Shown in pieces: positions 12,342 to 25,435 of a stretch of DNA of 64,000 nucleotides. Source of the DNA: Dicyema japonicum (taxonomy: Eukaryota; Animalia; Dicyemida); NCBI GenBank assembly GCA_011109175.1, contig RDEW01000038.1:367155-431154 (forward strand). Reading direction: 5' to 3'. The notes beneath the pieces were generated by a model that worked only from the letters and a program-made list of their open reading frames with translations, made no database searches and was not told the DNA's origin. The position numbers were made by a program, and so were the translations under genes. Within the stretch, counting starts at the first letter, position 1; the number at the start of each line of letters is the position of its first letter.

Positions 12342-15300
12342 TTTTTTCGTTGTCGTTGTGTGTTGTTGTTTTCGCCTATTGTGATTATTTTCCTATTTTT
12401 GACTTTCTCTTATTGACTATTTTCGCCTATTGAGACTATTCTCCTATTCTTGATTTTCGCCTATTGAGATTATTCCCCTATTCTTGATTTTCGCCTATTG
12501 TTGATTCAGTGGAATGTTACTCGAAAAGTCATCGTCTAATTGCTCTGCCTGCAAGATGAGCAATTTGAGAAAGTTTGAAATTTCTTGTTCTGCCTGTGGA
12601 GTCTTCTTTCACCTCGGGTGTTTGAAGTTCTCTCAGGCCTCTATCCGTGCTCTTGGGGTATGGCACTGCCGCTCGTGCCTTGGAATTGGTTCGGGGTTTC
12701 CTAATGGTCACGCGAGTGCATGTACCTCCGGGGAAGACCTTTCCCATTTGGATCCAGATTCGCTGCTCAAAATTATCAATGAACGCCGGTCATCGAGGAG
12801 TATCCCGGTGAAGATCCCTAAAGCAGCCCGCCCCCTAGCTGTCGAAGGCTTAACCAAAGCAATCGACGATGCACTCCGCTCCGACTCTATAAACGACTGG
12901 ATACGTTTGTTTAATTTTGCTCCTTTCGCTCTTGGCTCCTCAGAGATCGCAATGGGAAGAGTCTCTCTCGATTGAGATGAAGAACAACATCCGCGCATTT
13001 ATGGATGGAACTCACTTTACGGACCTCACGTCCTTCTGCATCCGTTCAACTGAGACTCGGAGTTCAACTCGGGAAACGGAGATTCTTCGCCTAAGAAGAC
13101 CGTACGATCGAAGTTGCTTGAAGGAGGAACCCGATCCGCATTGAAGGCCCTCTCACTCTCAGATGGACCACGCAATCCAACCATTGATACTTACAAGACG
13201 CTATTGGGGAAACATCCACCCTCTCCGAATGACCTACGCCATTGCTCGCCCCCATCAGAAGCGACCCCTTTGACCACGTCGCCTGAGGATGTCATCACGG
13301 CGTTATGGAACTTTGCACCAAGTAGCTGTGGAGGTCTCGATGGCTTAAGGCCCGGCCATCTTAAAGACCTTATTTCACCGACTATTGGAGACCAAGCAAG
13401 TCGTCTTTCATACTCACTCACTTCTCTTATGAACAGGATATTATCTGGACATTTGCCTGATTTGATACGTCATATCTTGTTTTCGGCTAGTCTGATTGCC
13501 GTCGACAAAAGGGAGGTGGAATCCGCCCGATCGCGGTCGGATTCACTTTCAGAAGACTAGCAGCCAAGATTGCTTCCAGATTTTCTACGTCAATCTTGTC
13601 AAAATCCTTACTTCCCAGTCAAGTTGGAGTCGGAGTTCGTCTTGGATGTGAGGCAGCCGTTCACTCCGTCAGAAGATTCAGGAACAGCAGCATTCAAGAC
13701 TTTAAAAGGCACATTATGGTAAAACTGGACATCAAGAACGCTTTTAACAGCTTAAGAAGAGACTGCATTCTGGAGGCCTGCAAGGAAAGATGTCCGTACA
13801 TATTTGAACTGGTCAATTATTCATACGGAAAACCTTCATCACTATTGCACGGGGATTTCATAGTTCCATCGTCCTCAGGTGTTCAACAGGGCGACCCCCT
13901 CGGACCACTGCTGTTCTCCCTCGGCATTGAGAGGATCACGAAGCTCTCTAGATGCCCACTCAACATCTGGTACCTCGATGACGCTGTCTTAGGAGGTCCC
14001 CCGGAAACGGTCTTCCAGGACTTAGAAGTACTCATCCCGCGCTGTCCGAGGTGGGTCTTCAGTTGAATATAACGAAATGTGAAATAACAAACTGTGGTCT
14101 TGCTGACGATGACTTCTCTTCAATTGTTCAAAAATTTTACTCCTTGTTTCCGGTGGGATTTCGACCCCTGAAAATGAATTGATTTTTCTTGGATCCCCGA
14201 TCACTAGTAATGCGATGAAGCATGTCCTCCTTGACAAAAAACGACTCCTATGCGATTCGCTGGAAAGATTACAGCTGCTGGACTTGCACACAGCACTATT
14301 CCTATTGAAAAGAAGTCTCAACATCCAGAGAATCTCCTATCTACTAAGGACAGCTCCATATTATTCTCAACTGGAGCTGCTCGAGAATTTTGATTTGTCT
14401 CTCCTCAGCTCGACGGAGCAAATATTTAATGTCCGATTCGACGATGATACATGGATGCAGGCTACACTCCCAGTTAGATTCGGGGGTCTTGGAATCCGTC
14501 GAACTTTGGACGTCTCACTTCCCGCTCATTTATCATCACTCACGGCCTGCGAACCTTTGGTCAGGAGGATTCTACACTCCCCACCCGAATTCTCAACTGA
14601 CCAAGAGATAATCCACGCACGAGAAGCCTGGAATGCCACCAACCTCCCCCTGCCTCCTTCCCAAGATCGCCAGCGAAACCTGGACAACTTATTATGCTGG
14701 AAATCATTTGGACTCCTACTGGAATCTGCCAATCAGCACCGACGCGCTTGTTTGCTTTCGGGGGCTTCCCCTGAGAGCGGAGCTTGGCTAAACGCCATCC
14801 CCAATGGAGCTTTGGGCACTTTTCTGGATGATGAATGCGTTAGAACTGGTATCTCTCTGCGGCTGGGACTAAAAGTATGTGTACCTCACCCGTGCCGATG
14901 TGGCATCCTGATAGACTGCTATGGCCTGCACCCTCTCACCTGCAGGAGGAGCGCTGGCAGATCCCCAAGGCACAAGGCTCTGAATGAAATTGTCAGGCGA
15001 GCTATGGATGCTGCTGGATACTCGGCCATTCTTGAACCGGTCGGGTTATGCAGAAGTGACGGAAAACGACCGGACGGGATGACCATATTTCCATTTGAGG
15101 CCGGGAAACCACTGGTTTGGGATGTGACATGTACAGACACGTTCGCCCAGAAAAACCTTCACGAGAGTGCTACAAGGGCCTGCTCAGGATCCGTAAAGGC
15201 GGAGAAGACCAAACTCGTTAAATACGTCGACCTTCCCGATAATGTCAAATTTGTTCCCCTTGCTATGGAGACTTCCGGATCCTACTCCCCCTCTACACTC

Positions 15301-15487
15301 GAGTTTTTAGGACGTCTTGGAAACCGGATCACCTCATGCACTGGAGATCTCCGCGAACGCCGCTGGCTATTTGAGCGAATTTCGCTCGCAATTTTGAGAG
15401 GGAACAGCCACGCGGTGAGGGCGGCAACTACCTGACTTCTATTGTTTAAATTTTTTGATTTGTAAAAAAATTGATATTTTCAAAAAA
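12342..15487 (+). mobile_element. CRE-clade non-LTR retrotransposon (PHD finger + RT + CCHC + restriction-like endonuclease), near full length
   Basis: C4HC3 PHD at 12544-12680; RT motifs KLDIKNAFNS, GVQQGDPLGPLLF and WYLDD; CRCG..HPLTC, RH..LN, RPDG and DVT motifs; A-rich tail; 14-bp TSD AACTTCGATTTATT at 12328-12341 and 15488-15501; about 4 frameshifts. Confidence 0.9.
12368..12500 (+). repeat. ~34-bp tandem repeats in the CRE 5' UTR
   Basis: About four imperfect copies of ttttcgcctattgagactattctcctattcttga. Confidence 0.8.
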
Positions 15488-18130
15488 AACTTCGATTTAT
15501 TATAAATCTAATTTGAATACGAAGAGACCAAGAATTATTGAAGAAGATGTATGTGAACTAGTCAGTGTGCAAATACAAACAAATATTGGATGGATAACAG
15601 TTGGAGGAATTTATTCTAAAAGCTTACGTGAGTATCCTTGGATCATTGCGAAATTTTTTAACGAAAACGTGAATCCGATTTTGGTTGGGGACATGGACGC
15701 AAAGCATGTTGATTATGGATGTGTTACAACAAATCAGGATGGAAAATGTCTTATAAAGTGGATGGAATCAGGAGAATTAAAAATTTTGACGTCAGCAGAA
15801 ATAAATCACTATGCAACTTATAGTGGTGATAAACTTGGATTGTTCATAATGCCTCTGACGATGAGTGAAATGTGTGATCCTCCATATATCGAAAATGACA
15901 TAGGAAGTGATCACATCCCACAAACGATTGAATTAAAAACTGGTCCGGTTTACACACGACATTTATTCATTGGATATGATGTCAGCAAAATTGATTAGAA
16001 TCACTTCAATTTCTACATCAGGCTGAAAATTGGTAATGTTTGTGATTTGGGGATTTCGAATCCGGGAGATATCGACATTCTGGATAACAAAATAAGATCT
16101 TTGTTGTTAAGTTATCTGGAAAATTATGGAAAAAGAAAAAATCTGTTGCCGAAGGAGAATATGATAATAGGAGTAGAAGAACGCTCTTTGCGTCAGGAGA
16201 AGAATAAGTTTGAAAATAAATTAAAGAGGTGTTGGGATATCTTCGACTCTCAAGAACTTAAAATGCAGATTAAGTTAGTGAAGAAGAAAATAATGGATGT
16301 TGTAAAGAAGAATGAAGAAAAATTATGGAAAAGAGAATGTTCAAAGTTACGTCGACAGAACCCAAAATTTTGGAAATTATATGCAAGAATGAATTCTCCC
16401 AGTAATAAGAATGAAGAAATATCTCTCAAGTCAGATGATGGTCTCTCTATTCCAAAAGAAGAAATTCCAAATGTTTTACGTCGACAATTGTCCAAAATTC
16501 AAGAGATAGATCCGGCATTTTTTATTCCGATAGAAGTACAAGATACAAGAAGTAGTTATAAAGAAAAGTCGAAACTGAGTGGTCCCTTGTGTCATCCTAT
16601 AACGCTGGAAGAAATAAATGCTGAAATTAAGGGTTGCAAAAATAAAGCACCAGGGTGTGATTTTATCCCAATGAGTATTTTCAAGAACGCAGGCCCAATT
16701 TTAATTGAGTGCCTAAAAATATTATATAATTCTTCTTGGAGTTTTGGTCATGTTCCAGCTTATTTGAAACGAACAATTGTACGCATGGTTGTGAAAAAAG
16801 GAAAGCCAAGGTCAAAAGCAGATAGTTATAGGCCAATTAGCCTAGTCTGCTCAATATCGAAAGTTATGGAAAAAATTGTTTTCAATCGTCTATCAAAGCA
16901 TGCTGAGGATAATAATTTTCTCTCTGATAATCAACTGGGATTTCGGCATAAAAAAGGGACTGGAGATTGCTTTAAAGAGCTAAGATCTGCAATCGAAATT
17001 TCACGAAATAAAAAGGAATTTCTTACAATAGCATGTTTGGATATAACAAAAGCGTTTGACAGTGTTTGGCACGTGGACTTGTTGATACGTTGTCAAAAGC
17101 AGAAATTGGGAAAACTGCGTTATTATGGATAGAAAACTTTCTTTCAAAAAGAAAGTCATATATACGTGTTGGAAATTTAATTTCAAAGTAAATTGAATTG
17201 CGAAGAGGAGTTCCACAGGGTTCAATTCTCAGCCCGCTACTCTTCAATTGCGTAATGAGAGATTTGCCGAAAACAGAGAGCGTAAATAGTCAAATGATTA
17301 TTTATGCTGATGACATTCTTGTGCTTGATTCAAGCATGAATAAACAAATTTCATGGAAAAGGGTGGAATCCCATATTACTAAGATTGGAAAGTGGTGCCA
17401 AAACAATGGGTTGATTTTATCGAGGGAAAAAACAACAGTCACTTGGATTGCAAGTAAAAGAAAAAATATTAATCAATGTGTGAATACTGGGGATATAAAA
17501 ATCTCTGAAACATTGAAGTATCTCGGATTGTTGATAGACCGACGAGGATCTTTCAAGGAACATATTAAAACACGAAGAAAGAAAGCTACAGAAATGTTGA
17601 AATCTTTAATTCGATTTCATTTGGAGCCTAAAACTTTTCTTTTTGTGTATTCGGCGTGTGTTGAACCTTTCTTGATATATGGTTATCAAGGATGGTTTAG
17701 AACAAAAGAAAATGATGTCTTTGTCAAAAAATTGGAAAAGTCCAGAAGATTTGCGATTAAATTGGCATATGGACTGGACTTAAAATCTAATATCGAAAAG
17801 GATTACGACCTGAAAGTCAGAAAGATAGAAAAATTATTACATCACTTATGGAAAATGTGATATAATTTTTGGGGTCCAAACGAAGTAGAGACATGTGGTG
17901 TCTCATAAAATGACCCTACACGATGAATACAAACCCACTTAATTAGTTTTGGTTCAGGTTTTGGTTTCTTAACAGTAATTAGTTTTGGGGTTTGTTAGAA
18001 AATAAAATTTGTCTTGTCTTGTCTACTGAGTTCGACTTGTGAGTGTCATAGGACTAATCGTTTCATTTCGAGGAAAAAAAGTCGATATTGCAAGTAGCGC
18101 ATAGTTGCAGGTAGCGCTCGCGACATAATA

Positions 18131-18475
18131 CAGTAGGACCCCGCCCCAATCAAACCCCGGCCCTGGGGTACCCTCTGTATTTGGGGCGATTTTTTAAATA
18201 AATATAATTATAAATGATCTTTTACATTTTTTCACATTTTTCGTTCAATAAATTCAAAATAAAAACCCCGCTTTTTGGGGCACTTTCTCTATAGAAAATT
18301 TAAAAATCTATTATTTAGTTTTTATCTTTAATTTATTAATTTTCAAATAATTGTCAGCATGCCTGCGAAGCTTAGTCGTCATTTGAAACAACAGATTTTC
18401 GATTCTTTAATAAATCAAAATATGTCAGAAAGAAAAATTTGTCGATTATACAAGATTGGAAAGGAACTGTTTCTC
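18131..18475 (+). mobile_element. pogo/Tigger DNA transposon, 5' end
   Basis: TA then CAGTAGGACCCCGCCCCAAT, matching the terminus at 51229; ORF from 18359 is an HTH-like N-terminus running into the gap. Confidence 0.7.
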
Positions 18476-19096
18476 NNNNNNNNNNNNNNNNNNNNNNNNN
18501 NNNNNNNNNNNNNNNNNNNNNNNNNNNNNNNNNNNNNNNNNNNNNNNNNNNNNNNNNNNNNNNNNNNNNNNNNNNNNNNNNNNNNNNNNNNNNNNNNNNN
18601 NNNNNNNNNNNNNNNNNNNNNNNNNNNNNNNNNNNNNNNNNNNNNNNNNNNNNNNNNNNNNNNNNNNNNNNNNNNNNNNNNNNNNNNNNNNNNNNNNNNN
18701 NNNNNNNNNNNNNNNNNNNNNNNNNNNNNNNNNNNNNNNNNNNNNNNNNNNNNNNNNNNNNNNNNNNNNNNNNNNNNNNNNNNNNNNNNNNNNNNNNNNN
18801 NNNNNNNNNNNNNNNNNNNNNNNNNNNNNNNNNNNNNNNNNNNNNNNNNNNNNNNNNNNNNNNNNNNNNNNNNNNNNNNNNNNNNNNNNNNNNNNNNNNN
18901 NNNNNNNNNNNNNNNNNNNNNNNNNNNNNNNNNNNNNNNNNNNNNNNNNNNNNNNNNNNNNNNNNNNNNNNNNNNNNNNNNNNNNNNNNNNNNNNNNNNN
19001 NNNNNNNNNNNNNNNNNNNNNNNNNNNNNNNNNNNNNNNNNNNNNNNNNNNNNNNNNNNNNNNNNNNNNNNNNNNNNNNNNNNNNNNNNNNNNNNN
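18476..19096. other. assembly gap (N run, 621 nt)
   Basis: Continuous N; ORFs spanning it are artefacts. Confidence 1.
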
Positions 19097-19165
19097 TGCA
19101 TAAGCCCTGATTGCGTGGCTATTCCTTCTCAAATTTGCTAACAAACTCGCTCGAATAACCAGCAA
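19097..19165 (-). mobile_element. CRE element 3' end fragment
   Basis: Similar to the FERISLAILRGNSHAVRA terminus at 15370-15435. Confidence 0.6.
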
Positions 19166-20312
19166 AAATCTGATTCCTCAACGTCCTTGTATTTATTTTA
19201 TTTATTCACCCCCGGTCTTTTATGTAAAAGAAACTGGTGGCTACAAGAAAGTAATATTCATAAGCGGACATCCTTAGAGTCCGATAAATCTTGGATGGCA
19301 AAAATTGAAGGCTGGTATTCAGTGAAAGAACGTGCGAAGATTAAAAATCGTTTGGCCGCCTCATATAGAGTAGTCAACGTTTCGGTGATAAATATGAATT
19401 TTTAATATCCCTGGATATATCTGAAACAGGTTTTATCCAGTTCCTTCCGTCTGAGTGGGAACACCCTTACTAATACCACTTACAGTCATATCCGCCATTG
19501 TGGAAACTTCTCCGCTAGACTAAAGAAGAGAGGGATCATTTTATGCTGCCGACATACACTGGGCGTCTCTTGAGTTGAGTGGATGACGTTTCATAGAAAT
19601 TATGGGATCTAGTTACTGAAGAGTTTGTGGGACCGCTCTACTGTGTTATAAAACGTAAAATTTAAATCTTCAGATGCTAGTGGAGTCATCGGACTTAATT
19701 CCAAGCCTCTGTCTTAAAACACTTCCAAGATCCTAACGACAACAGAAAATCCTAATTGCAGCCAACCTACCAAGCAGTCCAGTATAAAATCCCTCTTAGA
19801 TACCTGAAGAACTCCCAAAATATGGGTTGATGCTATTCCTATGAGAGAGCATCACAGGACGTTTATCCCCGTCGAATTTTGCCTTCTTGTGGATCTGAGA
19901 TCATATAGTTATCTGAGGACATTTTTCTTTCAATCCATCAATCTTGGAGCTAAAAGGTCCATCAGTTCGTCCATGCTCAAGAGGAAGACATAAGTAGATA
20001 TTCAATGCAATAGAGCCACGTCATTAACTCAACCTTACGGCCAATTAACCATTCGACTGACTGATTATGAGATTTGTCATTGACTGGTTTTAACAGACGT
20101 GTTATGTAAATCAATGACAAAAATTGAACTGTTAGATTCGTAAAAGTAAACATTTCGTGGTTTTTGGAGTTGTGCAACAGAAATAACATGGACGTGTCGA
20201 TTCATGAAATTATTCGCTGAAAACTAGCGCACCTAATTACGATGGCAAAACTTCCAGCAGAGAAAATAAATAATGTTATTTTCCGCGTTTATTTAATTAA
20301 GGAAAATTCAGA

Positions 20313-21104
20313 ATGATTGCTGTTCTCATAATTTTTTTGGTTTCCCTCCAACAAAACGACACAGAGTTTATCAGTCTTCAGAAACTACAAATTCTTAGCC
20401 AATTGGGACTTGCAGAACCACCAACAAACAATCATTTGTTCCTACAAGAACTCAAAAAGAGCTTTTCCACAAATCAAATCATCCACCAAAAATCAGTCAA
20501 TAGCACTGAATTTGGGAGAAGCTTTTTGTTTGAAATAATCAACCACCGTTTTGACAAACTCTTCATTGATTACACCGTTTTTGACAAATGCAGATATAAA
20601 AATATTATGGAAATTGACTTCAAAATGCTCAGACTGAAGAATTTTGTTAGACGGGACACGTGGAATTTGACTGTGCATATCAGAATGGAAGAGATATCCG
20701 AGATAATGATTCTGAATTTGACTTTTAGCAAGAAAATCGAGGTTTTATTATGAATTAAACTCCAGAACGTCTCTTTGAGATTTGCGGAGGGAAAAGAGAT
20801 CAGTAAAAGATCACCAAACTGCTTCGGGTGCTGCCTTAAAAGTCGCTTGGTTAAGTTTTCTGATATGGGCTGGGACTGGATTCTGTCACCAACCTCCTAC
20901 TGGGCTCAAGAGTGCAGCGGGAAATGTTCTGGAAGCAATGTTCAACAGCAGCCACCTCTTCACGTGTACCTGAGAATCCTAAATAACAACGCATGCTGTG
21001 TTCCCGTGGAGTTTGATGATGTAACGATCGTCTATTTGCAGTCAAATAAAATTCTAATGAAGGATTTAAAATACTTGAATGCCAAAAAATGTCAATGTGC
21101 TTAA
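20313..21104 (+). CDS. TGF-beta superfamily ligand precursor (9-Cys, TGF-beta/activin type), ~255 aa, one 24-nt intron 20742-20765
   Basis: Signal peptide, prodomain motif ILSQLGLAEPP, KR cleavage site and mature domain C..CC, MGWDWILSP, CSGKC, CC, CQC. An in-frame GT-AG intron removes the TGA at 20751. Confidence 0.9.
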
Positions 21105-21989
21105 CTTTATATAATCTTGGTTGATCTTTTTAATGTTTATTTGTTATGACTTTCCCACAGCGAATTAATTAAACAATATTTTACAGGTTTTTGGCGCAAA
21201 CAAAGAATAATTGATAATTTTTAATTTTTTATACAAAAATTGTCAATTAAAGTTAGCCACCTGAAATTAATTGTTATTGAATATTTTTAATATTAAATTG
21301 CCAGGCCATGTTTATGCAAGGAAACCCATTCAGGGTCGCTCACGCAGAGGAATTCCGATCGACCGTAAAGAAGGTTACCTCGATAGAATCCCTCTGCAGA
21401 CACAAAACACTTCCGGAGATCAGTTGGGTCGTTGACGGAGTACTCAAAGAGGGTTTGGGAGCTGTTGGAAGTGGGATCACCTAATTAGTGAGTTTAATTT
21501 TTTTTCTTGGTGGTTTTGGGGTTCTATATATGGAGGTATGTCTAACTAAATGGATACTTATACGTTTTTTAACGTGAAAAACACAAAATTAGATAATTAC
21601 TGGGTCCTAGTCTTACTATTCCCTCGATCTGGGGGAAATATAACTAGTTAGTGAGTCCTGACCCTTACTATATCTCTCTCTACGCTTGAATAGCGTTCCC
21701 GGAGGTACCCTAGAAGGATGAGATAAGAATTGCATTTCCCAATATTTATTTTTTCCATCAAAAATAATCACATCCATTTTTGGTAGTAAATTGAAATTAA
21801 TTAAAATATAACGATTTTATCCTCTCATCCATCATTCAATATCATCATTTTACTACGAGAACTTTCTAGAAAACTTCACAATATTAGTCAATATCATTCC
21901 ACAGTTGAATATCTTAAGGAAAAAGACCCCTTAAGGTCCAACTGGATAGTCTGCTATGTAAAATCTATGGATTCTGTGATTTCTTCTAT

Positions 21990-22330
21990 TTTTATCGGAT
22001 ATTCCTTTTTTGTGGGAATATGCCTTCCCAGTTCGATAGGTATTATTAAGCACTCTCCCCCTGCAATGGTAATGACAAAGCATGCGCAACTCGAGAAACT
22101 ATTAATAAAGTTGTCTTCCTCCACTTGCCTCTGTCATACGCAAGCTCACGTAGTCCATCCAGATCCTCTCTCTTAGACATCTCTCAAATTTTTGGAAGCC
22201 CCGCCGATGACCATAAGGAGTGTGGTTCTTGGTCGTACGCGGAATCTGGGAGCGCAGAGGCAAAAAAGTTTTCCATGACCACGTTAACTGGGGCATCTTG
22301 GTCCATTTTCAGAAAAGCGTGTTAACCACC
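21990..22330 (-). mobile_element. RTE 3' remnant
   Basis: RPRTT..., EDLDGLRELAYDRGKWR C-terminal motif shared with other RTE copies. Confidence 0.55.
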
Positions 22331-23299
22331 CGAATTATTATTAAGAGACCTTTCAAAAATTAATAGCTGATATTCCTTATATTTATGCTAAGAGAAAGAT
22401 TCATTGGACGAGGTTAACCCTAAAAGTGTGTATCCAATGTCTCGCGATTCTGCGATTTGTTCCAGGAGCATTAGATCATGGGGATGATTGGTAACATCTC
22501 CCACGAGTCGTTTATGGTAATAGAGAGCGACTCTACCTTTCGACGATTTAACTGAGCCGAGATATTTTTCTCAAATTTCGGGCTAATTAATTTCAGGTGA
22601 AAGCGTAATTATGTCTTAATTGTTCTCGCAAGACAACAGTCGTCAAGCGACAGATTTTTACGTTGCTTTGGCATCTGAACATTCGAACCACTTTAAAATT
22701 TGCCATTAAAAATCTACACGTAACATTTAAACCCGGGGGACCTTTGATAATAGAATTTTCAATATCGGGAGACCGATGCATAATCTCTCATCCATTAAAC
22801 TGGAGAATCAATACATACTACGAGCCAATTGAAGACAAATCATTAAGATGTAGTACAAGTACCTTCATCACAGGATCTCTGCAGGATCAATACATCTCAT
22901 TTAGCCACGTTTTGGCTTATTTAAACAAACTAATAATCCCAACTTCAACACGTAAGAAGACGAGCCATTAGGATCCTCCAGATAGGTTAGGTCAATTCAC
23001 TGGCAACTAGGTTAGGTGATTCGAGACAAAAAAAGTGAGGGAGGGTCCATGTGTATCGTCCAATCCACGTGGTAGAACTCAGTTTAATTACCCTCCGTAT
23101 AACTCCTAATTTTTGTTTAGTAAATCTCGTCTTTTAGGGATATTAAGTCCTGATTCTTTGTTGGGCTTACAGAAAACGATAATGTCCCCACATTTACTGA
23201 ATATTTGAAGAAAAGATCAGAGGTGGATAATACTCTAAATAAGGCTAATTGAAGAAAATTGAAGTAAATTCTTTAATAAATAGAGAAAGCTTGAATATG

Positions 23300-23780
23300 A
23301 GCACACGTGGTAGACAATATTAATCATCAACTACTTTACGCACTCCCCAATATCTTCCCGCCCATCATTAGAGCTTCTATGCAAACAATTTGTTCTACCG
23401 AGTATCGAAGACGCCTGTGCTACATGGATTCCATCGCTATCACGTCGGCACAGAACAAGCTGAAAGTTTTACAAAACCGATGTCTCAGAATATTATTGAG
23501 ATTGTCGAAAAAGACGTCCATTTTGTCACTACGGAGAGCACTAAACGTCTCCCCAATCATGGAATACCTTACTGAACCCCATCAATATGGCAAAGTCCCC
23601 TGACCATCCCCTCGGACTATATCTGGACGCTTTCCCGAGATACGAGAAGAAACCTTCCCCGTTGTGGAGATTAATCCAGAACTCCAAAACTAACCGCAGG
23701 AAAAGGACTGTTATGGACACCGGGATCACTTAATTAGACATAACTCTTATCCTCTTTCTCGTGATGTCTTGGTTAATAAA
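23300..23780 (+). mobile_element. 5'-truncated LINE C-terminus and 3' UTR
   Basis: KLKVLQNRCLRILL motif; 23585-23780 is homologous to 40099-40290 and 37195-37310 (minus strand); TAA tail. Confidence 0.6.
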
Positions 23781-23830
23781 GTAAATTAAAATCAAGTACA
23801 AACAAGGAAACACGCCTAAGGTGTGATCGT

Positions 23831-24052
23831 CACGTGACTCCAGGAGATACCAATTTTGGAATTGAGAATCATTTGTTGACAGTGGCGTCAGCTTTTGTAA
23901 ATTTCCGTCACACGTGACATAGCCACGTCACAGGTTGACAATCAGTCATTTCTGTCTGATTATCAATTTACAAATTCTCAGAAAATTCTGATTTCAAAAC
24001 CACAATGCCTATATAAGTTTTCAGTACTACTCACTATATCTCAAAACACGTG
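23831..24052 (+). promoter_or_regulatory. E-box cluster with TATA-like motif
   Basis: CACGTG at 23831, 23911 and 24047; CACGTC at 23924; TATATAA at 24010; no downstream gene identified. Confidence 0.25.
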
Positions 24053-24684
24053 GGAAATGAATAAATTCTCATCAATTTTATATTGGAAATTCCCATTTTA
24101 ACGTGTTGATGGGAAAAACTAAATTGCTCTCTGCAGCCAAAATAAAATATTTCCGTTGTCGGGGGATAGTCTTGATTTTCTCCTTTGGATGCAAGGGTGA
24201 CTACTAATAGATATTCTGATTTTAAGCCTTGTCCTTCATTTAGTGGCTAAATATATTATCTGACCCTAATACCGTGAAACAAGGTCGCATGAATAAACTT
24301 AATCTGCTTGAAATTTTCTTAAAACGACTGAAACCCAGGCTAATATAGAGATACCCAACGTCAAAGGGAGGACCAAATTTAAGTAATTCAGGTGGATTTG
24401 GCATCTCAAAATGGCGGTTTTATGAATCGAACAGTCCCTACCCGACTCCCTAATCAAGTTTGGTAGTGGAATAGCCGCCATCCCCGAATACCGCCGTCAA
24501 ACGTCAAAGGAAGGGCCAAATTTGACATGAAGGCAGTACTAAATGTCAAGCCCAGTGAAAGCACAAAACCCTAACCGCAGGAAAATAGAGTTGTGTGAAT
24601 TATCACAAGACAGTTAGGATTAATGGTGACATTAAAAAAGCAACTAAGAAATAATTGTTAATGAAAGATGTCATTCAGCATCTT

Positions 24685-25435
24685 CTAAATAGAGGACTGG
24701 TTGGCGGAACTGTTGTTCATAATAGTCTGAGCTTTTCTGACTACACTCTGAGCCATCTGCCTAACACGTTGAATCTTCTTCTCCACTTCCTCCCGTTGAA
24801 ACTCAATAAACTCAGTGCTATCTCGAAGGATCTTCAACCTTGTGGCTTTTTCGACTTCTTTAGTACGTGGAACAGCCAATCTGAGTTTCTCCATAAGGTT
24901 TGTTATGGCCCTTCTTCGTTGCTGCTCCTTGACGTTGTGGTCTGAACGACGCTCAACTTCTGTGCTGTAAAAGTCGCCACAAACACCCAGATCGTCATAA
25001 AAGTTCATCTTAATGTCTGGTTGAGTCTCAAGAAGCATAGTCTTTCGACCAGAGGGTAGTTGACTGGACAGGGTAAGTTTCTCGGCGGCTAAACATAAGT
25101 CAAATTCAAATAAATTAAATGATAAATTGAGCATAAAATGTACCTGAGGGAGACATTTTGGTATTAATGTTCTTGGTGGGTATTATTATGGGTTTCAGGT
25201 CCTCACATTTGAACTTTTTAGAGGGCTGAAGGGTGAAATCATCATTGGACATAGTAGAGAAGCCGAATGGGGGACTGTACATATCGTCGAACAGACCATT
25301 AAATTCATTAAAGGAATAATTAGGCCACTCATATTCATAATTATTAAAGTCTAGAGTAGGCTCTGTCTTCAAAAAGTCTGGTTCCAACAATTGGCCGTGA
25401 ACATCCAAGGCACTATCGAAATCCCAGACTGACAT
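24685..25435 (-). CDS. MYC: Myc/Max-network bHLH-Zip factor with Myc-like architecture, ~231 aa, 55-nt intron 25089-25143
   Basis: C-terminal RRSDHNVKEQQRRRAITNLMEKLRLAVP...EKATRLKILRDSTEFI has the H/E/R E-box residues; long acidic N-terminus; a GT-AG intron joins the two ORFs in frame. Confidence 0.75.

Larger units (their letters stand above)
12130..17960 (+). mobile_element. APE-RT LINE (I/Jockey group), endonuclease interrupted by a CRE element
   Basis: APE motifs NARSL, D.LIVNETK, GDMDAKH and SDH are split across 12130-12341 and 15488-16000. RT motifs YRPISL, QLGFR, LDITKAFD, GVPQGSILSPLLF, YADD and KYLG occur at 16047-17860. Several frameshifts. Confidence 0.85.

Noticed and set aside
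12368-12500. CRISPR-like array
   Set aside because: Eukaryotic context, no unique spacers and no cas genes; these are tandem repeats in a retrotransposon UTR.
18359-19165. Five long ORFs in the supplied track
   Set aside because: They are runs of X across the N gap.
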